32,000 nt of DNA. Source: Methanocaldococcus jannaschii DSM 2661. Its GTDB lineage: Archaea > AGJL01 > Methanococci > Methanococcales > Methanocaldococcaceae. The number at the start of each line of letters is the position of its first letter. The first letter of the stretch is position 1. Location: contig NC_000909.1 in NCBI RefSeq assembly GCF_000091665.1, positions 1,056,629-1,088,628 on the forward strand, given 5' to 3'. The notes below the pieces were generated by a model. It saw only the letters and a program-made list of their open reading frames with translations, was not told the origin of the DNA and made no database searches. Position numbers and translations under genes: made by a program. Positions 1 to 9,410 of the stretch are shown in pieces.

Positions 1-47
1 AATCAATGGTTTTTTCTTAAACATAGGTATCACACTAGCTTATAATT

Positions 48-1673
48 TTAAAATTCACTAACAATCTTCCTCTTCAACATATCTAAAAACTCATTAATTC
101 TCTTCTTTGAAAATCCATATTTCTTAGCAACCTTATAAATCATCTTCTCCCCACCACTTCCATACTGTGCGGCTTTCTTTGGTCTATAGGCAATATAATC
201 TGGCAAATACTGGGAAGCAACATCCCTCAAAATCTTCTTTCTAACAGACCTTACGCACTTTATATTTAAATTGGTATTTTTGAGCCCATTTATGGGCTCA
301 CTTTTCAATGAAATATTAGACTCTGCGTAAGGTCTGTTACTAAGTTCAGACATCTTATATTCAATAGGAATTGATAAAGCAATTTCAACAACCTCCTCAT
401 CTAAGAAAGGAACTCTCAACTCAACACCATTAGCCATTGTACAGTGGTCATCTCTCTCTAAATTTACCTTATATAAATTATAAACATCCTTCAATAGCTC
501 TTTTTTCAGCTCCTCCTCCCCTCTCTCCCTATAAATTCTCTCATGCCTTGCATAGCCTCCAAATAACTCATCAGCTCCTTGCCCAGATAGAACAACCTTT
601 AATCCATCCTCATTTGCCATCTCTGAAGCTACATAGATAGGGATTCCAACTCCAATCTTCATTAAATCAACTTCATCTATTGCCTTAGCTACCTTAAACA
701 CATACTCCTCATACTCCTCTTCTGAAATAATCTTCTTCCTTAGCTTTAAATTTAAATCTTTAGCCAATCTTTCAGCATAGATTAAATCTTCACTATTTTC
801 AGTTCCAACGGCATACAATATAACTTCACAGTATAGAGATGCTAATTTAGCAATCAATGAGCTATCAACTCCTCCAGAGCATATAATTCCAACTTTGTCC
901 AAACCCCTGACCCTCTTTAAAACAGAGTTTTTCAATGCTCTATCTAAATACTCCTTAGCCTCCTCATAACTCCTCTCTTTCATGTAATTTAACTCCAACT
1001 TTTTAAAGCCTTCAATAATTTCAAACCTATTATCATCTAAATAATAAATCAACTGTGAATTTGGCTTCAATGTTTTGATTTTGCTATTTAGCTCATCTAA
1101 ATCTCTCTCACAGCCATCGATATTTATAAGTAGATGCCACAACGCCTTTCTTTCAGAGGCAAAGGCAAAGTATTTATCCCTATCTACATAAAATAATGGC
1201 TTAACTCCAAACATATCCCTTGCCAACCTCACAACATTCTTAGATTTATCATATATGGCAAAGGCATAGTCTCCATCCAACTCTTCCAACTTCTCCTCTT
1301 CATATAGATGAATTATAACCTCATTATCACTGTCTGTCCTAAATTCATGATTTTGTTTTAGATATTCCCTCAACTCAATATAATTGTAAATCTCTCCATT
1401 ACAAACTAACCATATAGTTTCATCCTCATTTGGAATAGGTTGAACTCCATACCTCCCAACAATTGCCAATCTATTATGAGCCAAGCTTAAGTTTCCAATC
1501 ATCTCCTCCTCTAAATCCTCAACATCCTCAAAATCGTTAAAATATATAACTTCATCATCCAACAACAGCCCAGAGTTATCTCTCCCTCTGTGCTTTAAAA
1601 TCTTCATCATATCTATGGAGTATTTAGCAGATATTTGATTGTCTTTAACAATTATTCCACTTATAGAGCACAT
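48..1673 (-). CDS. Asparagine synthetase (glutamine-hydrolysing)-like amidotransferase, AsnB family, with an in-frame palindromic-element insertion near the C-terminus
   Basis: The ATG at 1673 gives MCSISG, the Cys2 nucleophile typical of Ntn amidotransferases; the track start at 1682 is GTG. It has an SGGVDSS PP-loop and a QGADELFGGY motif. Residues SNRPYAE...KCVRSV are encoded by the palindrome at 242-339. Confidence 0.85.
   Translation of the reverse strand: MCSISGIIVKDNQISAKYSIDMMKILKHRGRDNSGLLLDDEVIYFNDFEDVEDLEEEMIGNLSLAHNRLAIVGRYGVQPIPNEDETIWLVCNGEIYNYIELREYLKQNHEFRTDSDNEVIIHLYEEEKLEELDGDYAFAIYDKSKNVVRLARDMFGVKPLFYVDRDKYFAFASERKALWHLLINIDGCERDLDELNSKIKTLKPNSQLIYYLDDNRFEIIEGFKKLELNYMKERSYEEAKEYLDRALKNSVLKRVRGLDKVGIICSGGVDSSLIAKLASLYCEVILYAVGTENSEDLIYAERLAKDLNLKLRKKIISEEEYEEYVFKVAKAIDEVDLMKIGVGIPIYVASEMANEDGLKVVLSGQGADELFGGYARHERIYRERGEEELKKELLKDVYNLYKVNLERDDHCTMANGVELRVPFLDEEVVEIALSIPIEYKMSELSNRPYAESNISLKSEPINGLKNTNLNIKCVRSVRKKILRDVASQYLPDYIAYRPKKAAQYGSGGEKMIYKVAKKYGFSKKRINEFLDMLKRKIVSEF
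242..339. repeat. MJRE-like palindromic element (copy G) inside the AsnB-like CDS
   Basis: Perfect 16-bp terminal inverted repeats: taacagaccttacgca (242-257) and tgcgtaaggtctgtta (324-339). Perfect central hairpin: tgagccca-ttta-tgggctca (281-300). Its reverse complement aligns with the copy at 19476-19575. Confidence 0.85.
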
Positions 1674-1818
1674 GTCTCTCACATTTTTAAATATACCTTA
1701 TTTTTTAATATTAGCTAACACAACTTAACATTTTATGCTAAATATTTGCAAAATTTTAATTTAAATATCTTAATAAAGATTAAATCAATTTATTATAAAT
1801 AACCTTAGAGGTTTTAAA

Positions 1819-2409
1819 ATGGATGCTCTAATTATGGCTGGTGGTAAAGGAACAAGAATGGGTGGAGTTGAAAAGCCGTTGATTAAGCTTTGTGGTAGAT
1901 GTCTTATAGATTATGTTGTCTCTCCCTTATTAAAATCAAAGGTAAATAATATATTTATCGCTACCTCTCCAAATACACCAAAGACAAAGGAATATATAAA
2001 TTCAGCATATAAAGATTACAAAAATATTGTAGTTATAGACACATCTGGTAAAGGTTATATAGAAGATTTAAATGAATGTATTGGATATTTCTCAGAACCA
2101 TTCTTAGTTGTTAGCTCTGACTTAATTAACTTAAAATCGAAAATTATTAATAGTATAGTTGATTATTTTTATTGTATTAAAGCTAAGACTCCAGATGTTG
2201 AAGCATTAGCTGTTATGATTCCAAAAGAAAAATATCCAAACCCCTCAATTGATTTCAACGGCTTAGTTCCTGCAGGGATAAATGTTGTATCCCCAAAGCA
2301 TGGATATCAAAAAGAAGAAATTATGGTTATTGATGAGCTGATATTCAATATAAATACTAAAGATGATTTAAAACTTGCTGAAATGCTTTTGAAAAAAGAT
2401 GGGTTATAA
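1819..2409 (+). CDS. cobY: Adenosylcobinamide-phosphate guanylyltransferase (archaeal CobY-type nucleotidyltransferase)
   Basis: N-terminal MAGGKGTRMGG NTP-transferase motif, 196 aa. The sequence matches my memory of M. jannaschii CobY. An agagg SD precedes the ATG. Confidence 0.75.
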   Translation: MDALIMAGGKGTRMGGVEKPLIKLCGRCLIDYVVSPLLKSKVNNIFIATSPNTPKTKEYINSAYKDYKNIVVIDTSGKGYIEDLNECIGYFSEPFLVVSSDLINLKSKIINSIVDYFYCIKAKTPDVEALAVMIPKEKYPNPSIDFNGLVPAGINVVSPKHGYQKEEIMVIDELIFNINTKDDLKLAEMLLKKDGL

Positions 2410-2433
2410 ATATAAAAATCTAATGGGGATAAA

Positions 2434-2703
2434 ATGGAAAAAATGCCAGCTAAGTTATTGTTTGAGAGAAGTATAATAGGAAATAAGGGTAGCGTAATAG
2501 GAAAAGTTAAAGATATCGTGTTTGATGAAAAAGTTGGTAGATTGGTTTCTTTAGAAGTAGAACCAGCTGAACACAGCCCAATAATGAGAGAAGAAGGAAG
2601 AAACGTCTTAATTCCTTATAAACTTGTAGTAGCTATTAAAGATGTTGTTGTAATCGATGAAACAAATTTGAATAGAGTAAATATAAGGGTAGCTGAACAC
2701 TAA
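2434..2703 (+). CDS. PRC-barrel domain protein
   Basis: 89 aa. The pattern GKVKDIVFDEKVGRLVSLEVEP...LIPYKLVVAIKDVVVID is typical of PRC-barrel proteins. Confidence 0.6.
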   Translation: MEKMPAKLLFERSIIGNKGSVIGKVKDIVFDEKVGRLVSLEVEPAEHSPIMREEGRNVLIPYKLVVAIKDVVVIDETNLNRVNIRVAEH

Positions 2704-2710
2704 AAAACCA

Positions 2711-2791
2711 ATAGTTCTTTGCAAATGTGATTAAAAACTAACTAAGGAAAGTATGCCTTTCTTTATTACAAAATGTTTTACAAAGAGCTAC
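2711..2791. repeat. MJRE-like palindromic element (copy A), intergenic
   Basis: The ends atagttctttgcaaa (2711-2725) and tttacaaagagctac (2777-2791) pair at 12/15 as inverted repeats. Small central hairpin gaaag-tatgc-ctttc (2747-2761). The interior is similar to copy B (ttaaggaaa...tatgcctttYtttattacaaaat). Confidence 0.7.
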
Positions 2792-2816
2792 AAATAACTA
2801 TTTTTGGTGTGAAAAT

Positions 2817-3704
2817 ATGGAATTTACAAAGATGCATGCCCTTGGGAATGATTACATAGTTATTAATGAATTTGACGGGGAAAAAGTTAAAGAAGAAGAA
2901 AAAGCAGAGTTCTCAAGAAAAATTTGTAGAAGAGGTTTTTCAGTAGGTGCTGATGGAGTTATTTTCATCCAAAAGCCAACATCTGATGAATACGATGTAA
3001 GATTTAGAATATTTAACAGTGACGGCTCTGAGGCAGAGATGTGTGGTAATGGAATTAGATGTTTTTCAAAATACGTTTATGAGAGAATAATGAAAAAAAA
3101 TCCTTTAAAAGTAGAGACAAAAGGGGGCTTAAGAGTATCTGAAATGGAGATAGAAGGAGATGAAGTAAAGAAGATTAAAGTTTATATGGGAGTTCCAAAG
3201 TTTAAATTAAAAGATATACCAATGGTTGTTGATGGTTATAAAGAGGATGATGAATTTTTGAATGGAGAGTTAAAATTAAAGAATCCATATTTACCTAAGG
3301 TCAAGTTGAGTGTCGTTAATGTTGGAAATCCACATGCGGTTATATTTGTTGAAGATAACAACATAGATTTAGATTTTGTTAGAGAACACTTGGATGTTAT
3401 TGGGAAAGAGATAGAACACCATGAAGCATTCCCAGAGAGAATTAATGTGCATTTTGTAAAAGTTTTGAATCCTAATGAAATTAGGATTGTTACCTGGGAG
3501 AGGGGAGCTGGATACACAACTGCATGCGGAACAGGAACAACAGCTTCTGTAATTATGGCTCACAAACTTGGTAAAACAAATAATAGGGTTTTAGCTCACT
3601 TAGATGGTGGAGATTTGGAGATTGAGATTAAAGATGATGGAGTTTATATGATTGGAGATGCAGTAATGGTTTATGACGCCAAATTGATAAATATTGGCTG
3701 GTAA
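2817..3704 (+). CDS. dapF: Diaminopimelate epimerase
   Basis: FTKMHALGNDYIVI, plus the two catalytic-Cys motifs MCGNGIRCF and ACGTGTTAS. 295 aa. A ggtg SD lies upstream. Confidence 0.93.
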   Translation: MEFTKMHALGNDYIVINEFDGEKVKEEEKAEFSRKICRRGFSVGADGVIFIQKPTSDEYDVRFRIFNSDGSEAEMCGNGIRCFSKYVYERIMKKNPLKVETKGGLRVSEMEIEGDEVKKIKVYMGVPKFKLKDIPMVVDGYKEDDEFLNGELKLKNPYLPKVKLSVVNVGNPHAVIFVEDNNIDLDFVREHLDVIGKEIEHHEAFPERINVHFVKVLNPNEIRIVTWERGAGYTTACGTGTTASVIMAHKLGKTNNRVLAHLDGGDLEIEIKDDGVYMIGDAVMVYDAKLINIGW

Positions 3705-3707
3705 ATT

Positions 3708-4547
3708 ATGAAAGTAGATTTAACCATTGAATATAGAGGAAAATTAATTACTCCAAATCAAATAAAACTTTTAATTGCCTTACATAAAACAAAATCCCAA
3801 AATGAGGCAGCTAAGTTATTAAATATAAAGCCTTCCTCTTTTAATATTCAATTAAAAAGATTGGAGAATAAGTTAGGGGTTAAGCTTTATTACTCCTCAC
3901 CAAATGGGACGGTTTTAACTGATGCTGGCTTAGAGATTTTAGAAACTTACAACTCATATAGCAAAAGATTAAAAAATCACTTTTTTACAGTTTCTGGATT
4001 TGTGAGTGGGGAGATTGCCAAAATATTATTTGGAAATCCAATAATAACCTCTTTTGATAACGCTTTAAAATTGCTAAAGATGGGGTTTGTTGATGTCTTA
4101 GGGGTTGATGACAGCTATTGGATTTATAGGTTGGGAGATGAGAGATTTTTAAAGTCAGAGATTGGGAGTTGTGATTTTAACATATTTTTAATTGCCTACG
4201 ACAACTTTGTAATGGTTAGTAAAAAAGAGTTTAATTATAAAAACTTAGTTGGCATAAGATTTAGCTCACAGAGGATAGTTTATAACATTTTAAAGAAAGA
4301 AGGTATAAAATTTAAAGTTAAAGTAAGGGTAAAAAATCCGTTTAGAGCTATAGAGTTAGTTAATGAGGGCTATAGCTTATTTTTAAATGAGAGTTTATTG
4401 AGATATATAGATGGAGATTTTAATGTAATTTATCCTAACTTTTATGAAAAGACAGTTCATGCAATAAATTTTATTAGCTTTGGTAAAGATATTGAAATTG
4501 ATAAAAAAGAAATTAAAAAAATAAAAAAATTGGGTTTTAAAATTTGA
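3708..4547 (+). CDS. Putative transcriptional regulator with an N-terminal LysR/ModE-type HTH
   Basis: The N-terminus LTPNQIKLLIALHKTKSQNEAAKLLNIKPSSFNIQLKRLENKLGVKLY fits an HTH_1 pattern. I do not recognise the C-terminal domain. Confidence 0.6.
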   Translation: MKVDLTIEYRGKLITPNQIKLLIALHKTKSQNEAAKLLNIKPSSFNIQLKRLENKLGVKLYYSSPNGTVLTDAGLEILETYNSYSKRLKNHFFTVSGFVSGEIAKILFGNPIITSFDNALKLLKMGFVDVLGVDDSYWIYRLGDERFLKSEIGSCDFNIFLIAYDNFVMVSKKEFNYKNLVGIRFSSQRIVYNILKKEGIKFKVKVRVKNPFRAIELVNEGYSLFLNESLLRYIDGDFNVIYPNFYEKTVHAINFISFGKDIEIDKKEIKKIKKLGFKI

Positions 4548-4557
4548 ATTAAATTAT

Positions 4558-4616
4558 TTATAAAATCTTCACTCTTAAGCCGAACTTTTCAAACATTTTA
4601 AAATCATTATCGTAGG
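4558..4616 (-). pseudogene. Out-of-frame C-terminal remnant of the VapC PIN domain
   Basis: A different frame from the 4617..4901 ORF reads ..[22 protein letters not shown]. This is the conserved PIN C-terminus (T.D.DF) carrying the last acidic active-site residue. Confidence 0.6.
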
Positions 4617-4901
4617 TTAATAAAATATTGACGCAATTAATAAATCTTTTACTGATGGAATTTTGCCTTCTTTTTTTAGTTTTTTAAATATATTGCCAGC
4701 AATCTTTGATGATTTATCATCAAAATTTAGTTTTGGTAAGCTGTCAATCATTATCATTTCATTTTCTTTTAGATTACCACAATATAACTCAAAAACTGTT
4801 ATGGATGTTATTTTACAGTTGTAATCACAAATTTGATATAGAGTATCTTTATTTCCTCTAAATATCTCTATTATTACACTTGTATCAATGACTGCATCCA
4901 T
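4617..4901 (-). CDS. vapC: PIN-domain VapC toxin, C-terminally truncated (94 aa)
   Basis: [12 protein letters not shown] carries the first PIN acidic residue, and ...DLLIAS follows later. The ORF stops before the T.D.DF motif. Its start overlaps the upstream antitoxin gene by 28 nt. Confidence 0.7.
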   Translation of the reverse strand: MDAVIDTSVIIEIFRGNKDTLYQICDYNCKITSITVFELYCGNLKENEMIMIDSLPKLNFDDKSSKIAGNIFKKLKKEGKIPSVKDLLIASIFY

Positions 4902-5098
4902 TTTTCTGCCTCTTTAAGTTCTTTTTTTAATTTTTCTACATCCTCCTCACTTCTTGAACCAAAGGCAATCATAAAAACATCCAAGTTTTTTCTCTTTCTC
5001 TCTTCCAACAATTCTTTTATAAACTCTGAAACTGACTTTCTACCTTTAAGTTTTAATAATTCTTTATAAACATCATCATCTATAGTTATAGTTGCCAT
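4874..5098 (-). CDS. vapB: VapB-type antitoxin
   Basis: [31 protein letters not shown] is an N-terminus typical of archaeal VapB. The ATG at 5098 follows gaggtga; the track start at 5107 is GTG. It overlaps vapC. Confidence 0.7.
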   Translation of the reverse strand: MATITIDDDVYKELLKLKGRKSVSEFIKELLEERKRKNLDVFMIAFGSRSEEDVEKLKKELKEAEKWMQSLIQV

Positions 5099-5177
5099 AT
5101 TTATCACCTCAATGATAATATTTTATAATTTTGTAATATTATAAAAATGTTAGAATTTGTAATAAGGGGGAATAACC

Positions 5178-5795
5178 ATGAATGTTTTTGATAAATACGC
5201 TGAGGAATACGATAAATGGTTTGATGAAAATGAAATTATTTATAAATCAGAGATTGAAGCATTAAAAAGACATATTCCAAAAGGAAGAGGTTTAGAGATA
5301 GGAGTAGGAACCGGAAGATTTGCTAAACCTTTTAATATAAAAATTGGTGTTGATATATCGAAAGAAATGGCTAAAATAGCTGAAAAGAGAGGAATAAAAG
5401 TTATAATAGCAAAAGGTGAAGATTTGCCTTTCAAAGATGAAGAGTTTGATTTTTTTTTAATAAATACTGTCTTAGAGTTTGCAGAAAATCCAAAAAAGAT
5501 GATAGAAGAGGCAAAAAGGGTTTTAAAAAGAGGAGGAAAGATAATTATTGGAATTATTGATAGGGATAGCTTTTTAGGAAAGATGTATGAAGAAAAAAAG
5601 CAAAAAAGTAAATTCTACAAAGATGCAAATTTTTTATCAGCTAAGGAAGTTATAGAAATGCTAAAAGAATTAGGATTTAAAAATATAAAAGCCACACAAA
5701 CGATTTTTAAAGAAATTGATAAAGTTGATAAGGTTGAAGTTAAAGAAGGTTATGGAGAAGGTGGATTTGTAGCTATTTCTGCTGAAAAGATTTAA
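5178..5795 (+). CDS. Class I SAM-dependent methyltransferase
   Basis: Motif I is LEIGVGTGRF, with later motifs DFFLINTVLEF and LKRGGKIIIG. 205 aa. Confidence 0.8.
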   Translation: MNVFDKYAEEYDKWFDENEIIYKSEIEALKRHIPKGRGLEIGVGTGRFAKPFNIKIGVDISKEMAKIAEKRGIKVIIAKGEDLPFKDEEFDFFLINTVLEFAENPKKMIEEAKRVLKRGGKIIIGIIDRDSFLGKMYEEKKQKSKFYKDANFLSAKEVIEMLKELGFKNIKATQTIFKEIDKVDKVEVKEGYGEGGFVAISAEKI

Positions 5796-5809
5796 CTGGA
5801 GGTATAAGA

Positions 5810-8800
5810 ATGGATAAAATCTTAGAGATTTTAAAGGATTTTGGCATTGTAGAGCTAAGGCCACCACAGAAAAAGGCATTGGAAAGAGGATTATTGGATA
5901 AGAATAAAAATTTTTTAATATCTATTCCAACAGCATCTGGAAAAACACTAATTGGAGAGATGGCTTTAATAAATCACTTATTGGATGGGAATAAAAATCC
6001 TACAAACAAAAAGGGTATCTTCATAGTGCCTTTAAAGGCATTGGCATCAGAGAAGTATGAGGAGTTTAAAAGCAAATATGAGCGGTATGGGTTGAGAATA
6101 GCCTTATCAATAGGGGATTATGATGAAGATGAGGATTTAAGCAAATATCATTTAATTATAACGACAGCTGAGAAACTTGACTCTCTATGGAGACATAAAA
6201 TTGACTGGATTAATGATGTTTCTGTTGTTGTGGTTGATGAAATTCATCTAATTAATGATGAAACAAGAGGAGGGACGTTAGAGATTTTATTGACTAAATT
6301 AAAAGAGTTCAATGTACAAATTATTGGTTTATCTGCAACTATTGGAAATCCAGATGAGTTGGCTGAGTGGCTTAATGCTGAGCTTATAGTTGATGATTGG
6401 AGACCTGTTGAGTTGAAAAAAGGCATTTACAAAAATGAAGCCATAGAGTTTATAAATGGAGAAATTAGAGAGATAAAGGCAGTTGATAATAACGATATTT
6501 ACAACTTAGTTGTTGATTGTGTAAAGGAAGGAGGATGCTGTTTAGTATTCTGCAACACCAAAAGAAATGCCGTTAATGAGGCAAAGAAATTAAATTTAAA
6601 GAAATTTTTAACTGAAGAGGAAAAAATAAGATTAAAAGAAATAGCTGAAGAGATTTTATCTATCTTAGAGCCACCAACTGAGATGTGTAAAACCTTAGCT
6701 GAATGCATCTTAAACGGCTCTGCCTTTCATCATGCTGGTTTAACTTATCAGCATAGAAAGATTGTTGAAGATGCGTTTAGAAAGAGGTTAATTAAGGTTA
6801 TCTGTTGCACTCCTACACTCTGCCTAAATGCAAACACTGAAATACTGCAAGAGAGCGGATTTAGGAAAATTACTGAATTAAATAAAGACGAAAAAGTCTT
6901 TGCATTATGTGGAAAGGAGATAAAACCAGTAGATGGTTGGAAAGTCCATAAAACTCCACAGCATGAATACAACATCGTTGTAAAAACAGTAAATGGTTTA
7001 GAAATCACTACAACTCCAAATCATATATTTTTAGTTAAAGAAAATGGTTCTTTAAAAGAAAAAGAGGCAAAGGATTTAAAAGTTGGAGATTATGTAGCGA
7101 CAGTTGATAGAATAAGAGTTAAGGAGAAAGATATTGATTTATCTAATGGAGACCTTTATTTCATTGGATATTTCATAGGAGATGGTTATACCGGAGTTAT
7201 AGAAAAAAATACTCTTAAAGCCACTCCAGACCTTGCATTTAATCCAAAATATCCCCCAAATTTTGATGATTCTGAACTTCACAAAAAATACTTTTTGAAA
7301 TGTAGAATATCAAAAGGTGTTGCTCATTATATATACTCGAAAAAACTAAGAAAAATCTTTAATAAATTAAATATGCTCACAAAAGATAACAAAAACATTG
7401 ATGCATTTTGTAATCTTCCATTGGATAAGTTAGCATATCTTATTGCAGGATTGTTTGATAGTGATGGATATATATACTTAAATAGAAAAAACATTGAATT
7501 CTATTCAATATCTGAAAAATTGGTTGAACAATTACAGTTTGTATTGTTAAGATTTGGGATTCATAGCAGTATTAGAAAAAAGAAAACTAAAACTATGGTA
7601 TCTCCAACAAATGGCAAAGAATACAAATGTAAAGACATTTATGTATTAACAATTAGAGATTTTATGAGTATAAAAAGATTTTATGAGAACATCCCACTAA
7701 GACATGAAGAGAAGAGAAGAAAATTAGAAGAAATCATAAAAAATAAAGAAATTGGACAAATTCCTTCGGAATTTGTAGCTCTCCGCTTCACTCCGATTGC
7801 CAAAATATGGTGTGATTGTGGATTTAGTGTTGATTTGACCATGTTTAAACCAAGAACTAAAAGGCAGAGAGAGTTAAATAAAAAACGTGTAAAATTACTT
7901 TTTGAACTATTGGATGGAAAAAAATTAATTACAAACTATAAAGAATATTATTCAAAGAGAAAAAATCCTTATTTTGACTTTATTGTAAGAGAAAAAATTA
8001 ATGGAAACAATTATTACTCTTTAAATGAAAAAGGCAGAGTTTTAATGAGTCTCCTAAATAAACACATAAAAGATAAAGAAAACTTAGAAGAGATGTATAA
8101 CTTTTTAGTAAATCTCGAAAAATGTCCAATTTGTGGTAAGCCAATTCATAAAGAGATGAGATATAGCTGGAAAAAAGAATGCTATGATGGAGACATTTAT
8201 TGGGATAGAATTAAAGAAATTAAAAAGATAAAAGTAAATGACAAGTATGCCTATGACATAGAACTGCCAGACGATGGAAGCAACAGCCATTATATTGTGG
8301 CAAATGGATTTATAGTGCATAACTCTGCTGGGCTGAACTTACCGTGTAGAAGGGCAATAGTTAAAGACTTAACAAGATTTACAAATAAAGGGATGAGATA
8401 CATCCCAATAATGGAAATCCAACAATGTATAGGAAGAGCTGGAAGACCAGGATTAGACCCATATGGAGAAGGGATAATCGTAGCAAAGAATGATAGAGAT
8501 TATTTAAGGGCTTATCAGGCATTGACGCAAAAACCAGAGCCAATATATTCAAAGCTCTCAAATCAAGCAGTTTTAAGAACTCAACTTTTAGGACTTATTG
8601 CTACTGGAGAGATTAGAGATGAGTATGATTTAGAATGGTTTATAAGAAATACCTTCTATGCTCATCAATATGGAAATTTGAGGGAAGTTGCTAAAAATAT
8701 TAATGAAGTCATTAGATTTTTGGAAGAGAATGAGTTTATTATTGATTTTATGCCAACAGAATTAGGAAAGAGAGTTTCTGAACTCTACATAGACCCATTG

Positions 8801-9397
8801 TCAGCTAAATTCATCATAGATGGATTGGAAGAGATGGAGAATGAAGAAGAGATTTATTATCTCTACCTAATTTCAAAAACCTTGGAGATGATGCCAAATT
8901 TAAGAGTTTATAACTCTGAAGAGTTAAATTTAATTGATGAAATGGACTCTCTTGGAATAAAAAGCTTTGAGATTGAGGATTTAGAGGCATTTAAAACAGC
9001 TAAGATGCTGTATGATTGGATTAATGAAGTTCCAGAAGATGAAATTTTAAAGAGATATAAGATTGAACCAGGGATTTTGAGATATAAGGTTGAAAATGCT
9101 GTTTGGATAATGCATGCATTAAAAGAGATTGCTAAATTAATTGGTAAAAGCTCAGACATTCCAGAGAAGTTGGAGATAAGGTTAGAATATGGAGCTAAGG
9201 AAGATATTATTGAGTTGTTGAGCATAAAGTATATTGGAAGGGTTAGAGCAAGAAAGCTGTATAATGCTGGAATTAGAAGTATTGAGGATATTATAAACAA
9301 CCCTTCAAAAGTGGCTTCAATTATTGGAGAAAAAATAGCTAAAAAGATTTTGGATGAGTTGGGAGTTAAATTTGGACAGCAAAAACTAAGTTTTTAA
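5810..9397 (+). CDS. hel308: Hel308/Ski2-type DNA helicase precursor containing one intein
   Basis: Walker A PTASGKT, the DEIH box, SAT, and the helicase motif TPTL|SAGLNLP split by the intein. Winged-helix, ratchet and HhH domains are C-terminal. A ggagg SD is present. Confidence 0.93.
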   Translation: MDKILEILKDFGIVELRPPQKKALERGLLDKNKNFLISIPTASGKTLIGEMALINHLLDGNKNPTNKKGIFIVPLKALASEKYEEFKSKYERYGLRIALSIGDYDEDEDLSKYHLIITTAEKLDSLWRHKIDWINDVSVVVVDEIHLINDETRGGTLEILLTKLKEFNVQIIGLSATIGNPDELAEWLNAELIVDDWRPVELKKGIYKNEAIEFINGEIREIKAVDNNDIYNLVVDCVKEGGCCLVFCNTKRNAVNEAKKLNLKKFLTEEEKIRLKEIAEEILSILEPPTEMCKTLAECILNGSAFHHAGLTYQHRKIVEDAFRKRLIKVICCTPTLCLNANTEILQESGFRKITELNKDEKVFALCGKEIKPVDGWKVHKTPQHEYNIVVKTVNGLEITTTPNHIFLVKENGSLKEKEAKDLKVGDYVATVDRIRVKEKDIDLSNGDLYFIGYFIGDGYTGVIEKNTLKATPDLAFNPKYPPNFDDSELHKKYFLKCRISKGVAHYIYSKKLRKIFNKLNMLTKDNKNIDAFCNLPLDKLAYLIAGLFDSDGYIYLNRKNIEFYSISEKLVEQLQFVLLRFGIHSSIRKKKTKTMVSPTNGKEYKCKDIYVLTIRDFMSIKRFYENIPLRHEEKRRKLEEIIKNKEIGQIPSEFVALRFTPIAKIWCDCGFSVDLTMFKPRTKRQRELNKKRVKLLFELLDGKKLITNYKEYYSKRKNPYFDFIVREKINGNNYYSLNEKGRVLMSLLNKHIKDKENLEEMYNFLVNLEKCPICGKPIHKEMRYSWKKECYDGDIYWDRIKEIKKIKVNDKYAYDIELPDDGSNSHYIVANGFIVHNSAGLNLPCRRAIVKDLTRFTNKGMRYIPIMEIQQCIGRAGRPGLDPYGEGIIVAKNDRDYLRAYQALTQKPEPIYSKLSNQAVLRTQLLGLIATGEIRDEYDLEWFIRNTFYAHQYGNLREVAKNINEVIRFLEENEFIIDFMPTELGKRVSELYIDPLSAKFIIDGLEEMENEEEIYYLYLISKTLEMMPNLRVYNSEELNLIDEMDSLGIKSFEIEDLEAFKTAKMLYDWINEVPEDEILKRYKIEPGILRYKVENAVWIMHALKEIAKLIGKSSDIPEKLEIRLEYGAKEDIIELLSIKYIGRVRARKLYNAGIRSIEDIINNPSKVASIIGEKIAKKILDELGVKFGQQKLSF
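6821..8323 (+). mobile_element. Intein (501 aa) with a LAGLIDADG homing-endonuclease domain
   Basis: It starts at Cys (CLNANTEIL) straight after TPTL and ends ...FIVHN followed by Ser+1. LAGLIDADG blocks: LYFIGYFIGDGY and LAYLIAGLFDSDGYI. It is 1503 nt and in frame. Confidence 0.9.
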
Positions 9398-9410
9398 ATT
9401 TTTGAATTTA
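9391..9410 (+). terminator. Oligo-T tracts at and after the hel308 stop codon
   Basis: tttttaaatttttgaattt has two T5 runs at and just after the stop, which is the archaeal oligo-T termination signal type. Confidence 0.4.

Noticed and set aside
1735-1775. AT-only inverted repeat (atattt...aaatat) around tttgcaaa in the asnB-like/cobY divergent spacer, considered as another repeat-family copy
   Set aside because: It has no GC-rich core and no matching terminal repeats. Short AT palindromes are expected by chance at this base composition.
8908-9300. 130-aa minus-strand ORF inside hel308
   Set aside because: It is a shadow ORF antisense to the conserved Hel308 C-terminal domains, with no independent support.
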